This document shows positions 16,401 through 24,718 of a DNA stretch of 32,000 nt, in pieces; positions within the stretch are counted from its first letter, which is position 1; every line of letters begins with the position of its first letter. The position numbers and the translations under genes were made by a program. The stretch covers positions 16,825 through 48,824 of the forward strand of contig JAWOFX010000167.1 in NCBI GenBank assembly GCA_046497275.1. Reading direction: 5' to 3'. The notes beneath the pieces were generated by a model. That model had not been told where the DNA came from, searched no databases, and worked only from the letters and a program-made list of their open reading frames with translations. This DNA is from Promethearchaeia archaeon (GTDB taxonomy: Archaea; Asgardarchaeota; Lokiarchaeia; Sigyniarchaeales; SOKP01).

Positions 16401-17200
16401 GAAAATTCATAATCCCTTTTATTAAATAACTTATTACCTTCACGAATCATCGTTTCAGCATAAAGTCTTTTATATTCATTAGCTTTTTTCTCATTTACTT
16501 TGTCCAAAATTTTTGCTGCTTCTAAAAAAAGATTTAATTGTGAATATAAATATGCTGCTTGCTCGCTGATGATATAGTATTCTTCTTTATTAAAAACATT
16601 ACTAATAAATGCCGCCTTTTTAATTGCTTTTGCAGCTTCAAAAAAATTTTTTTGATTATAATAAAAATTCGCTTGCATAATTAAAATGGGAAACCGAAGC
16701 CATGCATTCTCTAAATTAAGTGGTTTATCACCTGAAATCATAGCAGAAGCTAAACAATGAAGAGCTTGACGAAAATCTTTGGGATGGAGATTAACAAATG
16801 CCTCAAAATCAGGGTATTTGATCCAAGATTCTTCTAATAATTCTATAGTAGATTTAGATAAGATTCCGTCTTCATTATTATACATCAAGACTGTTGGAAT
16901 ATCTCTCTTGATTTTCTTGAAAATTTCCAATATTATATTAAATAGCTCACGTTGTTCTTCATCTAAGGGATTCATAAAATAGAGAATTCCATCTACGCTT
17001 GGGATAATCTCATCAAAATTTGCTGTTAAACTTGTAATAACATCAATTTCTAACTCGCAAACATTTTCTAATATATGTATTTCTCTATTCCATTTCACAT
17101 ATGTTTCCTTATCTTTTCCGATTTCATTCAAAGCAGTAGAAACATAAGGAAGTGAAAGATCCGAATTACCTAATATTAAAATTCTGAATATATAACGCAT
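13499..17200 (-). CDS. Large alpha-solenoid (TPR/SNAP-like) protein with N-terminal degenerate small-GTPase-like domain and three C-terminal repeats
   Basis: The N-terminal strands YIFRILILG, DGILYF and IPTVLMYN mimic the Rab/Ras fold but lack GKS/T. The rest is helical, with A-x-x-x-Y/F TPR-like patterns. Confidence 0.7.
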   Translation of the reverse strand: MRYIFRILILGNSDLSLPYVSTALNEIGKDKETYVKWNREIHILENVCELEIDVITSLTANFDEIIPSVDGILYFMNPLDEEQRELFNIILEIFKKIKRDIPTVLMYNNEDGILSKSTIELLEESWIKYPDFEAFVNLHPKDFRQALHCLASAMISGDKPLNLENAWLRFPILIMQANFYYNQKNFFEAAKAIKKAAFISNVFNKEEYYIISEQAAYLYSQLNLFLEAAKILDKVNEKKANEYKRLYAETMIREGNKLFNKRDYEFSARQYENAAQWSLIELKDKDLIIKSFRLAINSWISACRVENAFTILERLPHEQIKQTLEDLIEKVLSAADYLVSIGNLEAAREQLYISIHTYQREGLFEAMERFTHKLADILIKILQKNIQHEETYDAKRTYDEIENLWEAFNVEKVDLDESLEEIIRQFLHKHDFGMATYLLNELNSLELKKKLTEYSSEIEDRIKILRRKALQMDLRTGVETIRSFRQVEIMIIENINNTKLEKAEQFSKKNNHIKAAKYLELHSEYLTNIGEKRLADQILCEAMNILLEANQLEELFNLYFKIETEEIQKDYLIFVFSSLIDSFKDISTLYGYEKVEDLLEKANLVYRDQMLYEKSQELSKLFINIIKSEALNAIEVGKNRSSIIYAVDLIKKAKNIANAYLEDYEPDFDELNKAISELYIEMEDLSSALSYLDKIEDKFYKKQVYNKLSATEEEKIASRAKEIETTLKKKSLQERLSIIEKKSQDARLDKEIEFRQRRGLKRAYFKEALNFLENENYQNAVEIYENTVDKLNELRKYYLAAVSFAVICLIKMKQKNMNEFIKYTKKKTKSNQLFLDTFPILLIEYIIDLYKVKDEKKLNQAFSFMEELPLFEEEKKILYDILGIDYVKISKAEVREKITIDKEELKTTVSNLSKAIINEKEDIAKRKLMKHRYYESILKNISEQNYLEAASSYLKLIPELNEKGFNKHAGICLIISSLINLFNEREKIALDNLDQYYKQVPEIGKLPEVRLFIKLIDAWNANFDDLISMILKIYSEKLILFKPEQELIRSYLKKEKKGEFQEKILSREERGEKSKKLIEMDQKIDILSQKLKDNKSEFQEIFKKRKALKKRHYQDILKALSNDDYKKASEYYLELAKKRSEVKDYKISSLMLLLYTISAKKAGIDFNKIEINVEEYLKNLGKIRKIVSELFQLEILDFILDSWKDRIKKYLPMINQMLRNLPLFEEEEKLIPI

Positions 17201-17222
17201 TTTAATTAAGATGAATAGTATT

Positions 17223-17328
17223 ATTAACTTTATAAAAATGTTTTTCCTATGTGATTTCTTTTCTAATATAAGATAATTAATTTTATAAAAATATTTTTCC
17301 TATATGTTTTCTTTTCATATATAAAATA
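17223..17328 (-). repeat. Tandem duplication of a 53-bp unit containing a TATA/BRE-like element
   Basis: Copy 1 is 17223-17275 and copy 2 is 17276-17328, identical at 46 of 53 positions by manual alignment. Each copy contains TTTATAAA next to TTTTTCC. Confidence 0.85.
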
Positions 17329-17354
17329 TATATTATTTACGAGGAACATCTTTT

Positions 17355-18011
17355 ATGGATTACAATGTCGAAAGGAACTATAAAATTCTAAAAGAAAAAA
17401 TGGAGGATTCACTGGAAAGTACTCTTGAATTTGGCAGAGAGTTAATAGAAACTGAACTAGATGCGGGAATTTTCGATTCTATCGTTAAGCCTATCGTTAA
17501 GAAGTTTTATGATATGTGGTGTGATAAAGATGCTCGTTCAGGTACAAAAAAACAGATAAAAGTGACTTTGGATGTCGCTAAACAACTGGTTCAAAATGGA
17601 TCACAAGAAAAATTTGATCAATTAATTAATGATAATTTCAAAGAATATCTTAGTGGAGATCAAACATATCTTCAATGTAGTAAAACCCATAAAAATTTTG
17701 GTAAATTAAAAGAAGTCACAAAAAAAGGTTTTATATCTCAAGTTAAAGAAGCGGTTAGATTTCTTAATGTTGAAGAGAATGTAATCAATTACGATGAATT
17801 AACAAGAGCTGCATTTAAAACAAAAAAAGAGGCATATAATGCTCTTTCTATACAATTAGATCATAATGATGAGGGAATTAAAATAGTAGAGAAAGATCCA
17901 TCGATTCTCAGCATTCCCACAGGAAAAAAAACAATCCTAAGAATATTACGAAAGGGTTTTGAGCAAACTAAGCGAGATCTAATTAACCGATTGGATGATA
18001 TATTTAATTAA
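17355..18011 (+). CDS. Hypothetical protein (predicted all-alpha, soluble)
   Basis: 218-aa ORF with typical composition and GAGGAA upstream of the ATG. I recognise no motif. Confidence 0.75.
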   Translation: MDYNVERNYKILKEKMEDSLESTLEFGRELIETELDAGIFDSIVKPIVKKFYDMWCDKDARSGTKKQIKVTLDVAKQLVQNGSQEKFDQLINDNFKEYLSGDQTYLQCSKTHKNFGKLKEVTKKGFISQVKEAVRFLNVEENVINYDELTRAAFKTKKEAYNALSIQLDHNDEGIKIVEKDPSILSIPTGKKTILRILRKGFEQTKRDLINRLDDIFN

Positions 18012-18055
18012 CCATCCTTATTTTAATTAATTTTGGTAATGCCACACAAGTTATC

Positions 18056-19129
18056 ATGAATGATAATAAAGATAAGAATTATCTATCTCCAAAATATAGC
18101 CTCATAAGAAGATTTTTTTTAAATCTTTTCATAATTACATTTTTAATAATGATATATTTTTACGTTTCTGATTATTTTGGATCGATATCGACCATTTTTT
18201 TAAAAAATTCTAAATTCTTTGTATCTATTAGTTTTATTTTATTGATTTTTGTGTTTTTCTCGATTTTAGCCGGACCATTGCCAGCAACTATTGCAGGGTT
18301 TTTTGGTGAATTAATTTATCAATTTTCATTTTATGAAAATATAAGGTTAGAATGGTGCATAATCGTTTCATTAATAGGATTAACCGTTAGTATCTATAAA
18401 TATAAACCTTTAAAGTACAAATCTTGGAGAAAACTTTTCTATACATTTATTTCTCTAACAATTTCCGCATTTATTATATCATTTTTAATAATAATTTTTC
18501 AGGCTATCTTAAATCCAATAATAAATTTGAATTCACTTTTAGTGGATTATGGGTGTAAATATTTGGTTCATGCACTCCTTTCTGTTGTACTTATTATACC
18601 TTTATTAGTATTGATTTATGATAGAGCTCTAGCTAATAAAGAGCAACATATTTATAATCTATTCTTAACTCACCATCCCATTTATCAAAGTGATCATACA
18701 TTTTATTTAAAGTTTGGAAGAACATATATATATTTCTGTTCTCGTTGTTCAGGTGTGATAATTGGTGGATTAATTATAATTTTTATAAATGATGTATTAA
18801 ACAGAGCTATTGGTTTTACTATTGAACCGGAAATTGCAGTAATATTATGTATTTTTTTACCTATTCCTGGATTAATAGATTGGGGCACTCAGAGATTATT
18901 ATTGCGTAAAAGTACTACAGAATCTAGACTCTTAACTGGATTTATAATAGGAATTGCTCTATATTACTTAAGTTTCACAGATAAGTATATTATTTATATG
19001 TTTTTTCTAATAATTTTTTATTTTTCAGTAGTTGGGATTGCATTATACATAGGACAAAAAAGAGAATTAAAAAAGGCAGAAGAAGAGGAATATAAATCAC
19101 CTAAACTTGAAGAGGATCAGTTTGAATAA
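18056..19129 (+). CDS. Membrane protein: ECF S-component-like N-terminal half fused to a DUF2085-like C-terminal half
   Basis: LAGPLPATIAGFFGELIYQ resembles the S-component GP..G...G signature. FCSRCSGVIIG, IDWGTQ and RLLTGFIIG resemble DUF2085 (CARC). Confidence 0.65.
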   Translation: MNDNKDKNYLSPKYSLIRRFFLNLFIITFLIMIYFYVSDYFGSISTIFLKNSKFFVSISFILLIFVFFSILAGPLPATIAGFFGELIYQFSFYENIRLEWCIIVSLIGLTVSIYKYKPLKYKSWRKLFYTFISLTISAFIISFLIIIFQAILNPIINLNSLLVDYGCKYLVHALLSVVLIIPLLVLIYDRALANKEQHIYNLFLTHHPIYQSDHTFYLKFGRTYIYFCSRCSGVIIGGLIIIFINDVLNRAIGFTIEPEIAVILCIFLPIPGLIDWGTQRLLLRKSTTESRLLTGFIIGIALYYLSFTDKYIIYMFFLIIFYFSVVGIALYIGQKRELKKAEEEEYKSPKLEEDQFE

Positions 19130-19631
19130 TATTATTTTTATTCATGGACTAGAAAGTTCTGGACATGGTTTTAAGGGAAATTTATTTAGAAAAAAGATAC
19201 CAGGATGTCTAACTCCCGACCTAAAACCATATGATCCCAGTATTCCCTACCAAAAATTATTAATAGATAGGATGCAGCAACTAAATCGAATTCTTGATGA
19301 TAGGGAATCTTGGAAAATTATCGGTTCCTCTTTCGGAGGTCTAATGGCTACGTTATTTACTCTAAAAAATCCTAATAAAGTAAAAAAACTAATTTTATTA
19401 GCGCCCCTTTTAGCTATACCCGAATTAGATCCTTCAAAATATAATTCAGTAAATGTTCCCGTAATTGTTTATCATGGAAGAAATGATCAAGTGATCTCTA
19501 TAAAACCAACCAAAAAAAGAGCCAAAAAATTATTTTCTAACCTTGAATATAACATCGTAGATGATGATCATATCCTTCATCCTACAGTAGAAGCCTTAGA
19601 TTGGCATTATTTATTAGTTTTAAAAGAATAA
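19122..19631 (+). CDS. YqiA/UPF0227-like alpha/beta hydrolase (esterase)
   Basis: Motifs FIHGLESS, GSSFGG nucleophile elbow, HGRND and DDDH. TTG 19122 follows GAGGAT and overlaps the upstream stop codon. Confidence 0.85.
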   Translation: MNNIIFIHGLESSGHGFKGNLFRKKIPGCLTPDLKPYDPSIPYQKLLIDRMQQLNRILDDRESWKIIGSSFGGLMATLFTLKNPNKVKKLILLAPLLAIPELDPSKYNSVNVPVIVYHGRNDQVISIKPTKKRAKKLFSNLEYNIVDDDHILHPTVEALDWHYLLVLKE

Positions 19632-19687
19632 ATTCTCATTCTATTCGATTATTCGATATTCATAACTAATAACAATTGGACTCCACG

Positions 19688-19695
19688 TTTTTTTT
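19688..19695 (+). terminator. Possible oligo-T archaeal terminator
   Basis: T8 run about 55 nt after the stop of the esterase gene; weak evidence in AT-rich DNA. Confidence 0.3.
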
Positions 19696-19871
19696 ATTGT
19701 TTCATATTAATTACTTTATAAAGAAGATCACTTTGAAATTTTTGATAGTTTTATTAAAAAATTAGTTGAATTTATTAGATCATAGATTTAAATCAAATGA
19801 GTGAATCATTAGAGTAAATTTGGAAAACAATAAAAATTAAAACTTATAAAAAAATTAAATCATATAAGTCA

Positions 19872-21509
19872 GTGAATGAGATGTCACAAAAAAATAGGGT
19901 CTATGTATGTGCAGAATGCGGATTTGTTTTCCCAGATGAATTAGCGGGATTGATCGAGGAGGGAACTCAAGTATATTGCGAACATTGTGGAAGACCATTT
20001 ACTTTAGAAGGGAAAAGCTTCGTTAAAATGGAGAGTAAACCTCCTGAGAGATGGGAATATCCCCGAAGTTTCAAAAAGCCTCGAAAGAAAGTTAAAACAT
20101 ATCCAACTTTAAATAAAGCAATTCAGACTTTGAATAAATTCTCATACATAGTTATTTTAATCTCAGCATTAGCATCATTAGGTTTAATGATCAGAATCTT
20201 TTGGAACCCGGGTGAATGGCAGCTAATAATTATCAGACAATCTTTTGTAGGATTAGCAGGAATCTTAATTGCGATAATTGATAATAAATATATTTGCAAA
20301 AAAATTAAGAATGGAAATTATGGTGAAGTTATTGTTGATAGTATTACATTTGGTATTCTGGGGTGTATCATTTTTGGTTCTGGTGTTTTCTTATTACTTA
20401 AGGGTGTATTAGTAATAATTTTTATTTTATTGAATAAAAAGAATCAAGAAATGGAGTTTTATGATATTGGACTTTTAATTAAAAATTCATTAAATAATTT
20501 TTCAGCGAAAGCGGGGGGAGTCATTATCATTTTCGCGTTAGTCGTTGTATTTGGTGGTCCAATTAAATTTGAAGGAATTCCATTAATATACTATCTTTTA
20601 TATTTTTCACTTTCAAATTTCCTAAAAATTTTACCTCGATTACTTGTTATTGGAATATTTCTCATTATCGCACTTAGCGCCTTAATTACTGATCACAGAT
20701 TAAAAGATAAAATCAAATATAAGCAATATTTTAAAATCAAGGATGGAGTGAGAACTATTATCTTAGGAATTCTTGGTGTAATGTTTTTGGCAGCTGGAAT
20801 ATTCATTTTGATAAAGGGGGCGTTACTAATTATTTTACATATAGCTAAGCCAGAAATTCCTAAGGATAAAGAATTTCAGAATAAAATTGAGCAAAGAAAA
20901 GAAGAATTGAAATTTAAAGCAGATGCAGATAAGAAGGAAAGAAAAACATCTCCCACTCTTGAAGAAATAGAACCAGAGTTAATATTTAAACAAAAAGAAC
21001 ATGGAGTAGAAAAGGAAGAAAAAATTAAGAGTGAAATTATCAAAATAAAAGAAGAAGAAAAAGAAGAAGATAAAAAGAAAGAAGAGATTGAAAAGAAAGA
21101 AAAGGAAAAAATAGAAGAAAAAGAAAAGGAAATAGAAATTAAACTGCACGAATCCCTATTACCTGTGAAAAATGAAAAAGATAAAAAACTCGTAAAAGAA
21201 TATTTTGCAAAAATATTTGCGGTTCTTTCTAAAGATATTCGAGAAAATATAAAAGATTTGAAAATTCCAAAAAAAGAAAAGAGAGAGATTCTCAGAGAAT
21301 TAGCTTTTCTGACAAAAGAACAGCAAATAAAATATATTGAAGCAATAGTAAATCTTTATCAAGAAAGAATTCCAAAAAAATTGATTGAAAAAATTAGGAG
21401 TCTTCCTAATGTGAAACCAGAGCATTATGAAAAAATAATTGAACAGCTCAAATATATGGATTCTGAAGAACAAATACAATTTATTCAATTTTTAGAAAAA
21501 TTGGCTTAA
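19872..21509 (+). CDS. Zn-ribbon + duplicated multi-TM domain + E/K-rich linker + C-terminal helical repeat protein
   Basis: CAECG...CEHCG at the N-terminus, two similar hydrophobic repeats, a highly charged linker, and two ~45-aa C-terminal repeats. Confidence 0.8.
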   Translation: MNEMSQKNRVYVCAECGFVFPDELAGLIEEGTQVYCEHCGRPFTLEGKSFVKMESKPPERWEYPRSFKKPRKKVKTYPTLNKAIQTLNKFSYIVILISALASLGLMIRIFWNPGEWQLIIIRQSFVGLAGILIAIIDNKYICKKIKNGNYGEVIVDSITFGILGCIIFGSGVFLLLKGVLVIIFILLNKKNQEMEFYDIGLLIKNSLNNFSAKAGGVIIIFALVVVFGGPIKFEGIPLIYYLLYFSLSNFLKILPRLLVIGIFLIIALSALITDHRLKDKIKYKQYFKIKDGVRTIILGILGVMFLAAGIFILIKGALLIILHIAKPEIPKDKEFQNKIEQRKEELKFKADADKKERKTSPTLEEIEPELIFKQKEHGVEKEEKIKSEIIKIKEEEKEEDKKKEEIEKKEKEKIEEKEKEIEIKLHESLLPVKNEKDKKLVKEYFAKIFAVLSKDIRENIKDLKIPKKEKREILRELAFLTKEQQIKYIEAIVNLYQERIPKKLIEKIRSLPNVKPEHYEKIIEQLKYMDSEEQIQFIQFLEKLA

Positions 21510-21519
21510 AGTAAAGAAT

Positions 21520-22425
21520 ATGTCGCTTGAGAAAAAAAAAGATTCTAAGGAAAAAAAGAACAGAGCCGTTTTAGAAGAGAGTTCATTTCGAGAGACAGAC
21601 TTTACTCCATTGAATTTAAAGGAAGAACAAAAAGTAGAAAAAGAGCAAGTTCCAATAGAAGAGAATAAAATACTTGAAGAGTTATCTGAAATTGAAAAAG
21701 ATGTGCTGGAGATTGCTGAAGATATACTTAAATTAAAACGGTATGATACTAAATTTGAGGTCGAATCTCAAGCGAAAATTCAAAAATATCCCATAATAGA
21801 AAAATTATATGCTACATGCATTGCTAAATTGGCATATAATAAAGGTTATAGCAAGGAGGATATATTTTTAGCTATTAGAAGTTTAGAAGAGAAAAATTGG
21901 ATCGTCACAAACGAGAGAAGAACGAAATTGGAGATCCTATCAAACGATAAACTTTCAACAATACTCGAATTTGTAAGAGAAAATCCTGGGATACATGCAA
22001 GAGATGAAAAGATTGAGGAAGAACTTGATATAACTCGCACTCCATTTTTAAAGCATATAATGACATTAGAAAATTTTGATCTTATTAGATCCAAAAAAAT
22101 TGGAAAGACGCTTCATTATTTTTTAAAAGACGTACCAGCTGATTATGATAAATTTAAAGCATTATTTTTAAACGAACTTATTCCACAGATTATTGAAGAA
22201 TTATTTAAAGATGAGGCTGTAGCGATTTCTAATATCGCTGAAAAATTGGATGTGTACCCAGGGACTGTGAATTATCATCTAAATAAGATGAAAAAAATAA
22301 ATTTAATAAAGTCCTCCACAAATAAAGAAGGAAAAAAAATACATTTAGTAAATATTGAGCTCTTAAAGAAATATAACTCTATTTTTAAGGAACCAGATTT
22401 TACAAAATTATTAAGTGGCTTATAA
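21520..22425 (+). CDS. Tandem winged-helix transcriptional regulator with acidic N-terminal extension
   Basis: ILEFVRENPGIH...KHIMTLENFDLIRSKKIG, followed by ISNIAEKLDVYPGTVNYHLNKM. Confidence 0.8.
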   Translation: MSLEKKKDSKEKKNRAVLEESSFRETDFTPLNLKEEQKVEKEQVPIEENKILEELSEIEKDVLEIAEDILKLKRYDTKFEVESQAKIQKYPIIEKLYATCIAKLAYNKGYSKEDIFLAIRSLEEKNWIVTNERRTKLEILSNDKLSTILEFVRENPGIHARDEKIEEELDITRTPFLKHIMTLENFDLIRSKKIGKTLHYFLKDVPADYDKFKALFLNELIPQIIEELFKDEAVAISNIAEKLDVYPGTVNYHLNKMKKINLIKSSTNKEGKKIHLVNIELLKKYNSIFKEPDFTKLLSGL

Positions 22426-22580
22426 ACATTTTGGATCATATTTTTTGACTGTTTAATCTTATTAATCAGTCTTCTCCTTAATAAATTTCCATGATTCCAT
22501 TTGTGTTTTTTGAGAAAAATATTATATAAAGTTAAGATTAATTCTTTTTTATAAAATATTAAAATAAATAGTGTATATTT

Positions 22581-24623
22581 ATGAGAATTCTGTTTTTTAA
22601 AACTCTAAAAAATAATAAATTGAAGAAAATCTTCATGATTATTTTAATAAGTATTTTTATCGTCAATTTCCTAACTTCATGCGTTTTAATTTCAAGAATC
22701 AGTCACTTCAATTATCAAGACATAAGTTATGGCGATTTGGATGAACTAAATATTTCCAATTCTGATTTTAATGTTTTAGAGTTTTGGAATCAAGAAATTA
22801 CACGTGTAAATAACACAGATTTAAATATTGAGTATGGACAAAATACAACTTTAGAATATATACAACCTCTCTCTGGAAATACAAGTTTTTGTGAAATTAA
22901 GGAAATTTTTTTCGACTCTCCCAATTGGGTAAATGCAAGTCCCTCAGTACTCAAACTCCATGGATATTTATTATTTCCAGAAGTAGTGAAAAGTGAAAAC
23001 CCAGGATGTTTGTGCATGCATGGACTTGGTAATCAAGCCAATAAATCCTTTAGGTTAGCGTTTGTTTATCTTGAAAAAGGTTTCATCGTATTATGCCACT
23101 CTCACCCAGGACATGGTCTTTCAGAGGGTGAGAAACCATCTCCAGGGAATTTCTTTTATACTGGAGATTTTAATCAGACCTCACACAATTATCTTACCAT
23201 TGCTGGAGCAATACAAGGATTAAGAGTATTAGAGAATCGAACAGATATTAATAATTCCCAAATTATGGTCACTGGTACTTCTTATGGAGGGTTAAACACA
23301 ATGTGGTTAGCTGGGATTTGTGGAGAAAGAATCTCGTCAGTAAATCCCATAATAGCAGTCGGAGACAATAGAAAATTAACACAAGATCCAACAAAATTAT
23401 TGTTTTGGATATGGGATATAAATCCCTATAATATTCCTGAATCTTTCTGGACTACTCAAAATCTTAGAATCGATCCTAAGTATTATTTAGAATCTGATAA
23501 AATGCCCAAAATTTTGTTCATCATAGGTACAAATGACGAATTCTTCAGTTATAAGTCTATTGGACCAACTTTTATTGCAGCTAATACAACTGAAAAATAT
23601 CTCCAAATTCACCCTAATGGACATCACGTGGTATTTGATTATGAAGAGAGTGTTTCTTTTTTCATCGAATCTACACTCAATGGAACTCAGGGATTTCTTA
23701 ATACCACTATCAATGAGGAAATCATAGAACAAGGTCTTATTGGCTCTAATTTAAAGATTAACATTTCAATTTCTGCTAAATCAACTGTTAAAAATGTTCA
23801 ATTAGCTTATAGATATTTGAATTTATTAGGGACGGGGTGGAAAACTACAGATTTAACAAACACGAGTTCTGATACTTGGATAGGAAATATACCTCCAAGC
23901 CTATTTAGTTCAAAAGTAGAATATTTTATAATTGTAAACATTGAGGGAAAAAATATATGGTTTACATCAAATATCTTTGAAGGGGGGACTTTAAAAAACA
24001 ACTTCTCAATTTTTCTGTTTATTCTATTTATAAGTCTGGCGATTATCCCTATAATTATTATTATTTGGAGAAGATATAATAAAAATTTCAAAAATTTGGA
24101 GAAAATTGCTAAAAAAAATGCTAAAAAATATCTCTCTGTCGAATTATTATTAATTGCAGCTCTTGATATTTTATTTTACGTCTCCCTTCTATTACCATTT
24201 GCAAATTTTGGCAATAATGGCGTTTCATGGTCTACCATACATTTATTTAATCATTTATTTACTTGGAACCAAATATTTGGTCAATTAACACTATTTATTA
24301 CACCTATATTTTTCCTTTTATATATTCTCAATTCATATCTATGTTATGTGAAGCCTATTATAGCTGGTTTCTGTAAATTATTTTATTTCATTTTTATGCT
24401 TTTGGTGTACATAATATTCTATAATTTAATAGCGGGGTCAAGTGAACTTTCAGCTTTTGGAGCTATTACTTTAGGAATTGGTTTTGATTTAATTCTGTTA
24501 AATTCAATTGGTTTGATCATTTTAGGGATATTCAAACGCCGATATAAAACAAAATTTCATATGAGAACTCCTAAACGAAAAATTTATAACCTTGATCGAT
24601 GGTTTGGGATAAAGAAGTTTTAA
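22581..24623 (+). CDS. Membrane-anchored exoplasmic alpha/beta hydrolase (esterase-like) with beta-rich domain and C-terminal TM bundle
   Basis: N-terminal hydrophobic anchor, MHGLG, GTSYGG elbow, GTNDEFF, PNGHH, and about 5 C-terminal TM helices. Confidence 0.8.
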   Translation: MRILFFKTLKNNKLKKIFMIILISIFIVNFLTSCVLISRISHFNYQDISYGDLDELNISNSDFNVLEFWNQEITRVNNTDLNIEYGQNTTLEYIQPLSGNTSFCEIKEIFFDSPNWVNASPSVLKLHGYLLFPEVVKSENPGCLCMHGLGNQANKSFRLAFVYLEKGFIVLCHSHPGHGLSEGEKPSPGNFFYTGDFNQTSHNYLTIAGAIQGLRVLENRTDINNSQIMVTGTSYGGLNTMWLAGICGERISSVNPIIAVGDNRKLTQDPTKLLFWIWDINPYNIPESFWTTQNLRIDPKYYLESDKMPKILFIIGTNDEFFSYKSIGPTFIAANTTEKYLQIHPNGHHVVFDYEESVSFFIESTLNGTQGFLNTTINEEIIEQGLIGSNLKINISISAKSTVKNVQLAYRYLNLLGTGWKTTDLTNTSSDTWIGNIPPSLFSSKVEYFIIVNIEGKNIWFTSNIFEGGTLKNNFSIFLFILFISLAIIPIIIIIWRRYNKNFKNLEKIAKKNAKKYLSVELLLIAALDILFYVSLLLPFANFGNNGVSWSTIHLFNHLFTWNQIFGQLTLFITPIFFLLYILNSYLCYVKPIIAGFCKLFYFIFMLLVYIIFYNLIAGSSELSAFGAITLGIGFDLILLNSIGLIILGIFKRRYKTKFHMRTPKRKIYNLDRWFGIKKF

Positions 24624-24630
24624 ATTTCTA

Positions 24631-24639
24631 TTTTTTTTT
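24631..24639 (+). terminator. Possible oligo-T archaeal terminator
   Basis: T9 run 8 nt after the stop codon at 24623. Confidence 0.4.
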
Positions 24640-24718
24640 ATTATTTTAGTTATGAGAAACTTTTATTAGGGAAAAAATAGAAAAAAGAATTAATTAAATG
24701 TAGAGATTAGATAAATTT

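Noticed and set aside
21040-21140. GAA/AAA-rich stretch as a DNA repeat element
   Set aside because: It is explained by the E/K-rich coding linker and has no discrete repeat unit.
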